A DNA stretch of 64,000 nt from an uncultured bacterium (GTDB taxonomy: Bacteria > Auribacterota > JAFGBW01), in the NCBI GenBank assembly GCA_964443875.1, contig CAYUET010000010.1, positions 11,046-75,045 of the forward strand. The letters run 5' to 3'. This document shows, in pieces, positions 57,707 to 64,000 of this stretch; the first letter of the stretch is position 1; the number at the start of each line of letters is the position of its first letter. The position numbers and the translations under genes are program-made. The notes beneath the pieces were generated by a model. The model was not told the DNA's origin. It searched no databases and was given only the letters and a program-made list of their open reading frames with translations.

Positions 57707-58777
57707 CTAATTTGTAATCAGCAGATGGGTTTTCCATAAAAGTTCATCGAACTTTTCCCTTTTAATTTTTTCCAGTTTTTTTACTGTTTTTTTTGCCTTA
57801 TCCACCCGGTGCTCATTGACGGAAGATTCAGTCCCGTGAATGGAACAGAGCCGCACCGCGGTTCTATAGCAGAATTCCGCATCCTCCGTTTTTCCGAGTT
57901 CCAGGGAGCTTAAGCCCTTAAAATAATAAAGATGAATCCAGGCATCTGTTCCGGTGAACGATTTTTCGGAAAGCAGTTTTTCAATACGCTGACTGTCTTC
58001 ATAAACCTCAAGCCATTTTTTTAAAATCGCATTGATTTCCTGCCGAAAACGCAGACGTACGACGGAACGCGGGTATTCCGCAATGTCTTCATTGACAATC
58101 CCTAAGGCTTCATCAAAAAATTTTTCATTGACCAGCGCCCGTACCAGAGCGCTGCGCGCTTCTGATTTCCCATAGATTCCCTTTTTTGAAACAAGACGCA
58201 GATAATCGAGTCCGAGTTTTTTTTCCTTCTGCCTGCCACCGAAGACATAAAGAAAAGGAGCCTTTACGGATTTCCAGTAATAGTAGCATCCGAGTCCGTA
58301 ATAAACATCCCAGAGATCAGGGTTCAGGATGTAAGCTTTTTTAATATGGCGGACCGCGCTTAAGACATCCATAAAAACGGAGAAGGCATTTTTTGTCCGG
58401 AAGGTATGAAGACCTGAATACCCAATGATCCCTCCGAGATAGAAATATCCTTCCGGATCAGAAGGATTGGTTTTGTGGAAGGTCTCTGCCGTGTGGGTGC
58501 CTTTTTGAAGAAGCCGCAGGAATTCTTTTTCCCCATAATCGGTCATATAGTCCACCTGGATTTTTTCAATAATGGCAATCTGGAAAAATAAGGGAAGAGG
58601 GTGGTCCGGGTAATTTTTTTCAAGTTCCTGAAAATAATCCAGGGCTTCCAGAAGATTATCATTGTAGGCCAGCTCGGCCCCCAGAGAAATTTTCTTTTGA
58701 AGGCTTTCTGTCTCGGAACTTAAGACAGGAAGGGAAATCAGTAAAAGAAAGAAAACTGTTGAAAAAATTTTCATCAA
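57707..58777 (-). CDS. Secreted TPR-repeat protein
   Basis: A signal peptide is followed by repeated A..YF/YY..G helical-hairpin patterns. Confidence 0.55.
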   Translation of the reverse strand: MMKIFSTVFFLLLISLPVLSSETESLQKKISLGAELAYNDNLLEALDYFQELEKNYPDHPLPLFFQIAIIEKIQVDYMTDYGEKEFLRLLQKGTHTAETFHKTNPSDPEGYFYLGGIIGYSGLHTFRTKNAFSVFMDVLSAVRHIKKAYILNPDLWDVYYGLGCYYYWKSVKAPFLYVFGGRQKEKKLGLDYLRLVSKKGIYGKSEARSALVRALVNEKFFDEALGIVNEDIAEYPRSVVRLRFRQEINAILKKWLEVYEDSQRIEKLLSEKSFTGTDAWIHLYYFKGLSSLELGKTEDAEFCYRTAVRLCSIHGTESSVNEHRVDKAKKTVKKLEKIKREKFDELLWKTHLLITN

Positions 58778-59015
58778 CTCATATTCCGGATATTTTTGGG
58801 ATTACAGATCAGTCTGAACTGCTTTTACCATAAAACAGAAGGAGGGAGAAAGCAACCCTAAAAAGATCCGAAGCCTCGTGTGAAGCTGCAGAAAACAGGA
58901 ATATTTAGGGAAATAACAAAAGTCCTTATTCTCAATTTGCCAAAAACAAGAATGTGTGTAATAATAATGCTCTGAATTTCAATGGAAAATGAATGATTTT
59001 AAAGAAATGAGCAGA

Positions 59016-60245
59016 ATGAAAGTATGTTTTTTTACCAATGAATACCCTCCCAACATCTATGGAGGGGCAGGGGTCCATGTGGAGTACCTGTCTCGGGAAC
59101 TTGCCAAACTCACCCCTCTTTTAGTGAAGTGCTTCGGAAAACAGGATTCCCAGACCTCTTCCCTGACGGTCAAAGGGGTGGACATTGACCCTGGCCTGCT
59201 CAATGGAATTCCCAAAGATTTATCCTTTGTTTTTTCAGCTTTTTATAAAAATCTTCAGTTTTTTAATCCTCCTTTTGACTGCAATATTGTCCACTGTCAT
59301 ACCTGGTACTCTCATTTTGCAGGACTTCTGGCCAAAATGGCCTATGGGGTCCCTTTAGTGGTTACCACGCATTCGCTTGAGCCTTTAAGACCCTGGAAGC
59401 GAGAACAGATTGGTCTTGGTTTTGGAGTATCAACCTGGATCGAAGAGCAGGCGCTGACCAGGGCGGACGCGATTATTGCCGTAAGCAAGGATACCAGGCA
59501 GGATGTCTTAAGACATTTTAAAGTCGATGAAGCAAAAATTCATGTGATCCCCAACGGAATTGATACCGGGGAATACAAACCCGGGCCGGAAAAATCAGCG
59601 CTTAAGGAGTTCGGAGTGAATCCGGATAAACCTTATCTTTTATTTGTGGGCCGGATCACCCGTCAGAAGGGCATCATCCATCTGGTCAATGCCATTCCCT
59701 TTATCGACCCCGGTCTTCAGATTGTCTTATGTGCGGGAGCTCCGGATACTCCTGAAATCAAAAAGGAAATGGAAGACCGCATTACTGAAATCAAAAAAAC
59801 GCACCCGGATGTGGTCTGGATTTCAGAGATGATGGATCTTCCCAGAAAAATACAGTTTTATGCCCATGCTGAATTATTCTGCTGTCCATCGGTTTACGAA
59901 CCTTTCGGAATCATCAATTTGGAAGCCATGGCCTGCGGAGTGCCGGTCATCGGGACAAAAACCGGAGGCATCCCTGAAATCGTTGTCCATGGCGAAACAG
60001 GACTTCTGGTGCCTCTTGAAAAAGATCCGGGCGGAAAACCTGTGGATGCCTTAAAATTTTCGAAAGATCTGGCGGAAGCCATCAACCGTGTCTTCAGGGA
60101 TAAAGCCCTGAGAAAGTCCATGGGCGCCAAAAGCCGTGCGCGGGCCATGGAGGTTTTCAGCTGGACCAGTATCGCAAAACAAACCTATAACCTTTACCAA
60201 AAAGTCCTTGCGGACACCTGTGCAGAAAAGGGAAAAACACTATGA
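59016..60245 (+). CDS. glgM: GT4 glycogen-synthase-like glycosyltransferase (GlgM/GlgA Corynebacterium-type)
   Basis: MKVCFFTNEYPPNIYGGAGVHV, a GRITRQKG-type motif and EPFGIINLEAMACG..VIGT.TGGIPE match the family. It is translationally coupled to glgE. The track start is 58989. Confidence 0.7.
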   Translation: MKVCFFTNEYPPNIYGGAGVHVEYLSRELAKLTPLLVKCFGKQDSQTSSLTVKGVDIDPGLLNGIPKDLSFVFSAFYKNLQFFNPPFDCNIVHCHTWYSHFAGLLAKMAYGVPLVVTTHSLEPLRPWKREQIGLGFGVSTWIEEQALTRADAIIAVSKDTRQDVLRHFKVDEAKIHVIPNGIDTGEYKPGPEKSALKEFGVNPDKPYLLFVGRITRQKGIIHLVNAIPFIDPGLQIVLCAGAPDTPEIKKEMEDRITEIKKTHPDVVWISEMMDLPRKIQFYAHAELFCCPSVYEPFGIINLEAMACGVPVIGTKTGGIPEIVVHGETGLLVPLEKDPGGKPVDALKFSKDLAEAINRVFRDKALRKSMGAKSRARAMEVFSWTSIAKQTYNLYQKVLADTCAEKGKTL

Positions 60246-61987
60246 AGCTTCCTGACAAAATGCTGGTGATTGAAAACATTTATCCTGAAATCGATGACGG
60301 CCGTTTTCCGGTCAAACGCGAGATCGGGGAAAACCTTGAAGTCTTTGCGGATGTGTATAAGGAAGGGCATGATCCTGTCGTTCCTTTTTTGAAATACCGT
60401 CATTATAAAGATAAAACCTGGCGAAAAGTGGCCATGACCCTGATTGCGGACAACCGATGGAAGGCCTCATTTCAGCTTCAGAAGCTTGGACGTTACGAGT
60501 ATACGATTGAAGTCTTTCCCAAGGAAAGAAAGGAACTGGTTTCTCAGTATGACCGGATTCTGGAAGTCGTGGTAGACGATCTGAATGCCCGCTTTTCCGC
60601 CTGGTATGAAATGTTTCCAAGATCCCAGGGAACGGATCCTTTAAAATCCGCCACTTTTGATGACATGATCAAAAGACTTCCTGAAATCAGAGCCATGGGT
60701 TTTGATGTGGTTTACCTGACCCCGATTCATCCTATCGGGCGCACAAACCGCAAGGGGCCCAACAATTCGCTGATCTGCGGCCCAGAGGATCCCGGATGCC
60801 CTTATGCCATCGGGAATGAAACCGGAGGCCACAAGGCGGTAGAGCCCGGACTGGGAACTCTGGATGATTTCAGGCGCTTTGTGAATGCCTCTGCTGAAAA
60901 CGGAATGCAGACAGCGCTTGATATTGCTTTTTCCATTGCTCCGGATCACCCTTATGTGAAAGAGCATCCGGAATGGTTTTCATGGAATGAGGACGGTTCG
61001 GTCAAGTTTGCAGAAAATCCGCCCAAAAAATATGAAGATATCTGTCATATCAATTTTTACCCGGAAAACTGGCAGGAGATGTGGGATGAACTCACCTCTG
61101 TCTTTCTTTTCTGGGCGGATGAAGGGGTCAAGATTTTCCGTGTGGATAACCCCCACACCAAGCCCGTTTATTTCTGGGAATACTGCATTAAAAAAGTGAA
61201 GGATAAATATCCGGAAGTGCTTTTCCTTTCAGAGGCTTTTACGCATCCAAAAATGATGAAATACCTGGCCAAGGCCGGCTTTTCGATGTCCTATACCTAT
61301 TTTACATGGCGCAATACCAAATGGGAGCTTTCTACTTATCTCCGTGAGCTGACACAGACCGAAATGTCAGAGTATTTCAGACCCAACTTTTTCGCCAATA
61401 CCCCCGATATTCTCCCTTATTTCCTGCAGAAGGGCGGTCGTAATGCCTTTAAAATCCGTCTGGTTCTGGCAGCGACTCTGGCGGGAGTTTACGGAATCTA
61501 TAACGGGTTTGAATTGTGTGAAAATACAGGGATTCCGGGAAAAGAGGAATACATCAATTCTGAAAAATATCAGTATAAAGTCTGGGACTGGGACAGACCC
61601 GGAAACATCAAGCTGTTCATCAAGGCGATCAACCGGATCCGTAATGAGAATCCGGCCCTTCAATACTACAAGAATCTTCAGTTTGTGGAAACGGACAATG
61701 AACAGGTGCTGGCTTATTACAAAACCTCGCCGGATCTTTCCAATATCATTCTTGTGGTCGTGAACCTTGATCCTTATAATACCCAGGAATCGACCATTCA
61801 TATTCCGCACACCCAGTGGAATATCGCTTCCCATGAGAATTACACGGTGATCGATCTTTTAAGCGGTCAGACCTTCATCTGGAAGGGCGGGAAAAATTAT
61901 GTCAAATTGAATCCGCATGCAGAACCGGTTCATATTTTCACGGTCTCCAAATGGAAACATTATGAGAGGGATTTTTCCCTGATCTAA
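60242..61987 (+). CDS. glgE: Alpha-1,4-glucan:maltose-1-phosphate maltosyltransferase
   Basis: The N-terminus IENIYPEIDDGRFPVKR is the GlgE-specific domain. The GH13 core motifs are FDVVYLTPIHP, FRVDNPHTKP and LSEAFT. Confidence 0.9.
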   Translation: MKLPDKMLVIENIYPEIDDGRFPVKREIGENLEVFADVYKEGHDPVVPFLKYRHYKDKTWRKVAMTLIADNRWKASFQLQKLGRYEYTIEVFPKERKELVSQYDRILEVVVDDLNARFSAWYEMFPRSQGTDPLKSATFDDMIKRLPEIRAMGFDVVYLTPIHPIGRTNRKGPNNSLICGPEDPGCPYAIGNETGGHKAVEPGLGTLDDFRRFVNASAENGMQTALDIAFSIAPDHPYVKEHPEWFSWNEDGSVKFAENPPKKYEDICHINFYPENWQEMWDELTSVFLFWADEGVKIFRVDNPHTKPVYFWEYCIKKVKDKYPEVLFLSEAFTHPKMMKYLAKAGFSMSYTYFTWRNTKWELSTYLRELTQTEMSEYFRPNFFANTPDILPYFLQKGGRNAFKIRLVLAATLAGVYGIYNGFELCENTGIPGKEEYINSEKYQYKVWDWDRPGNIKLFIKAINRIRNENPALQYYKNLQFVETDNEQVLAYYKTSPDLSNIILVVVNLDPYNTQESTIHIPHTQWNIASHENYTVIDLLSGQTFIWKGGKNYVKLNPHAEPVHIFTVSKWKHYERDFSLI

Positions 61988-62016
61988 CATTTGTTTTACA
62001 AGACAGGAATTAATAA

Positions 62017-62050
62017 AACCGGGAAGTTTTAATCACTTCCCGGTTTTTTT
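62017..62050 (+). terminator. Rho-independent terminator after glgE
   Basis: CCGGGAAGT (62019-27) pairs with ACTTCCCGG (62035-43) and is followed by TTTTTTT. Confidence 0.85.
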
Positions 62051-62117
62051 ATAGGTATAAGGAGTGTAAGGATTTTAGTGCCCGAGTAAAATTTTTCTTT
62101 ATTACACAGGAATATAT

Positions 62118-62146
62118 TTGATTCTCTTATTGCCAAAGCTTATATT
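62118..62146 (+). promoter_or_regulatory. Candidate sigma-70 promoter for mcsA-mcsB-clpC (TTGATT-17 nt-TATATT)
   Basis: -35 is at 62118-23 and -10 at 62141-46. Confidence 0.4.
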
Positions 62147-62224
62147 TTCCTTTTAAAGAAAAAGAGGTTTATATACATTAACGTGAAATAAAAAACCTTG
62201 TAACCCTGAGAGAGAAGATGCGCT

Positions 62225-62701
62225 ATGTTATGTTGTGTTTGTAAACAGCGGGAAGCGGTTGTGCATTATGCTGAAATTGTAGAGGGCGCCATTCAGAAAC
62301 AGGATCTCTGTGAACAGTGCGCGGTAGAAAAGGGCCTCGGCCCCTCGCTTACCTTTTCAATGGGGGATATGCTTGCCGGCATCACGGATCAGAATACCCA
62401 TGAGAAGGGGGCTACGGTCTGCCCTCAATGCAATATGACTCTTGAAGAATTCCGCAAATGCGGGCGGTTCGGCTGTGATAAATGCTATGAACTGTTTTCT
62501 GAAACCCTCACCCCCATGCTGGAACAGATCCACCGGTCCACCAAACACAAAGGCAAGGTGCCTGTCTCTCAGCATGATGAATCCTACAAGCGTGAGAATA
62601 TTGCAACTCTTGAAAAGGAATTGAAAGAGGCGATTGAGACTGAGGATTTTGAAAAGGCCGCCTACCTGAGAGATGAACTTAAACGAATGAAACAGAGCTG
62701 A
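62225..62701 (+). CDS. mcsA: McsA-like protein (zinc-finger repeats plus UVR domain), activator of protein arginine kinase
   Basis: The CxxC pairs are CCVC...CEQC and CPQC...CDKC. The C-terminal UVR motif is FEKAAYLRDELKRM. It lies immediately upstream of mcsB. Confidence 0.8.
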   Translation: MLCCVCKQREAVVHYAEIVEGAIQKQDLCEQCAVEKGLGPSLTFSMGDMLAGITDQNTHEKGATVCPQCNMTLEEFRKCGRFGCDKCYELFSETLTPMLEQIHRSTKHKGKVPVSQHDESYKRENIATLEKELKEAIETEDFEKAAYLRDELKRMKQS

Positions 62702-62709
62702 TTTTATTT

Positions 62710-63789
62710 ATGAAAATACAGATACTTTTGAAAAAGACAAGCGAGTGGCTTAACGGAAAAGGACCGGAGGCCGATCTGGTCATCAGTTCAAGGATTCGCC
62801 TAGCCAGGAATCTTCACGGACAGCGTTTTCCCTGGAAAGCCGATAAAAAGGAAAAAAAGAAAATCCGCGAGCTTGTGGAGGGCGCGGCAGCACAGACAAC
62901 TTCCATCAAGGACGGATCTCTGTTTATCAATATCGATGATCTCGATGAAATCGACCGCCAGTTTCTGGTCGAGCGTCATCTGATCAGTCCGGAGCTCGCT
63001 TCTGGGCAGACCGGAAGTTCTGTTGTGATTTCCAAAAATGAATCCGTGAGCATCATGGTCAATGAAGAGGACCATATCCGCATGCAGGTCATGAGCTCAG
63101 GACTCCAGCTTTTTGAAGTCTGGCAGACCATCAATGAACTGGATACTGAAATGGAAAAACAGCTGGAGTATGCCTACAGTTCCAAATTCGGCTATCTCAC
63201 GGTCTGCCCGACCAATGTGGGCACCGGGATCCGTGTGAGCGTCATGCTGCATCTTCCGGCTCTTGTCTATACCAAGCAGATCAACAAGGTGCTGCAGGCC
63301 ACCGTAAAACTCGGGCTTGCTGTCCGCGGTCTTTACGGGGAAGGATCTGAAGCCCTGGGAAATCTGTTTCAGATTTCCAACCAGGCCACCCTGGGGATGT
63401 CCGAGATGGAAATCATTGAAAATATTTCCAAGGTCATCAAACAGGTGATTACCTATGAACGCAATCAGAGGCGTTACCTTATCAATCATAACCTGAAAGA
63501 GGTAGAAGATAAGGTTTACCGAGCATTCGGAATTTTAACCAATGCCCGCATCATCAATTCCAAGGAAACCATCGGACATTTGTCGACCCTGCGCATGGGA
63601 ATTGATCTGGGCATCCTGGACGCGCATTACCGAAAAAAGGTCAATGAGCTTATGATTAGTTCCCAGCCTGCTCACCTCCAGAAGAGTCTGGACCGGATTT
63701 TAAACAGTGTGGAACGCGATGTGGAAAGAGCCACGCTCATCCGGCAGACTCTCAAAATCAATAAATCCAGCCATGAGATGAAAGGATAA
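62710..63789 (+). CDS. mcsB: Protein arginine kinase (ATP:guanido phosphotransferase family)
   Basis: [26 protein letters not shown] and RG.YGEGS motifs are present. Confidence 0.9.
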   Translation: MKIQILLKKTSEWLNGKGPEADLVISSRIRLARNLHGQRFPWKADKKEKKKIRELVEGAAAQTTSIKDGSLFINIDDLDEIDRQFLVERHLISPELASGQTGSSVVISKNESVSIMVNEEDHIRMQVMSSGLQLFEVWQTINELDTEMEKQLEYAYSSKFGYLTVCPTNVGTGIRVSVMLHLPALVYTKQINKVLQATVKLGLAVRGLYGEGSEALGNLFQISNQATLGMSEMEIIENISKVIKQVITYERNQRRYLINHNLKEVEDKVYRAFGILTNARIINSKETIGHLSTLRMGIDLGILDAHYRKKVNELMISSQPAHLQKSLDRILNSVERDVERATLIRQTLKINKSSHEMKG

Positions 63790-63797
63790 TCCGAATC

Positions 63798-64000
63798 ATG
63801 TTCAACCGTTTTACAAACCGCGCAAGACAGGTCGTCATTCTTGCCCGCAATGAAGCCGACCGCTTTAATCATAATTATGTGGGAACCGAACACCTTCTTT
63901 TAGGGCTCATCAAGCTCGGTCAGGGTGTTGCCGTCAATGTTCTTAAAAAAATGGGCATTGATTTCGAAATTGTCCGGGATGAGGTCAGCAAGGCGGTAAC
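63798..64000 (+). CDS. clpC: ATP-dependent Clp protease ATP-binding subunit ClpC, N-terminal fragment (continues beyond the window)
   Basis: [39 protein letters not shown] is the Clp_N repeat. Confidence 0.85.
   Translation, partial: MFNRFTNRARQVVILARNEADRFNHNYVGTEHLLLGLIKLGQGVAVNVLKKMGIDFEIVRDEVSKAV

Noticed and set aside
62051-62224. CtsR operator upstream of mcsA.
   Set aside because: No GGTCAAA-N-GGTCAAA-like direct repeat is present on either strand.

Overview
This 64 kb chromosomal window has moderately low G+C and holds about 60 protein genes on both strands, two tRNAs and an SRP RNA. The host looks like a diderm bacterium, because the window carries kpsF, an hldE domain II gene, a TolC-RND pair and a six-domain S1. 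The lineage is uncertain; an uncultivated or PVC-like group is only a guess.

Housekeeping backbone: asnS (partial), thiD, ffs-dnaX-ybaB-recR, thiC, hemW, kpsF, rpsA, an amidase, ctpA, tsaD, rpmE-prfA, mgtE, metY, an Rrf2 regulator, aroH-ispE-spoVG, glgM-glgE and mcsA-mcsB-clpC (partial).

I found no CRISPR array, transposase, integrase, reverse transcriptase or recognisable defence genes.

Items most worth a second look:
1. A 907 aa protein with a Sec signal peptide and a CheR-type SAM methyltransferase core (15932-18655).
2. A translationally coupled operon of a REC protein with two transposase-type HTH modules, a B12-binding radical SAM enzyme and a GT2 glycosyltransferase (8313-11499).
3. 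A sigma-54 two-component module followed by a candidate -24/-12 promoter, a 35 aa basic Cys-containing ORF and an exported Hsp20 (53624-58777).
4. An A9 tract in dnaX where both alternative frames stop almost at once, a candidate gamma-subunit slippage site.
5. SpoVG carrying a four-Cys zinc-ribbon insertion.
6. thiC coupled to a small ORF and a Ser/Thr kinase, with no TPP riboswitch.
7. An accessory-looking block (40.3-48.8 kb) with a class D beta-lactamase, cupin, carbonic anhydrase and TolC-RND without an adaptor. It is bounded by a 190 nt tract of about 10 percent G+C and by an 800 bp non-coding region full of hairpins.

All functional calls come from reading motifs in the supplied translations. 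No database search was run.
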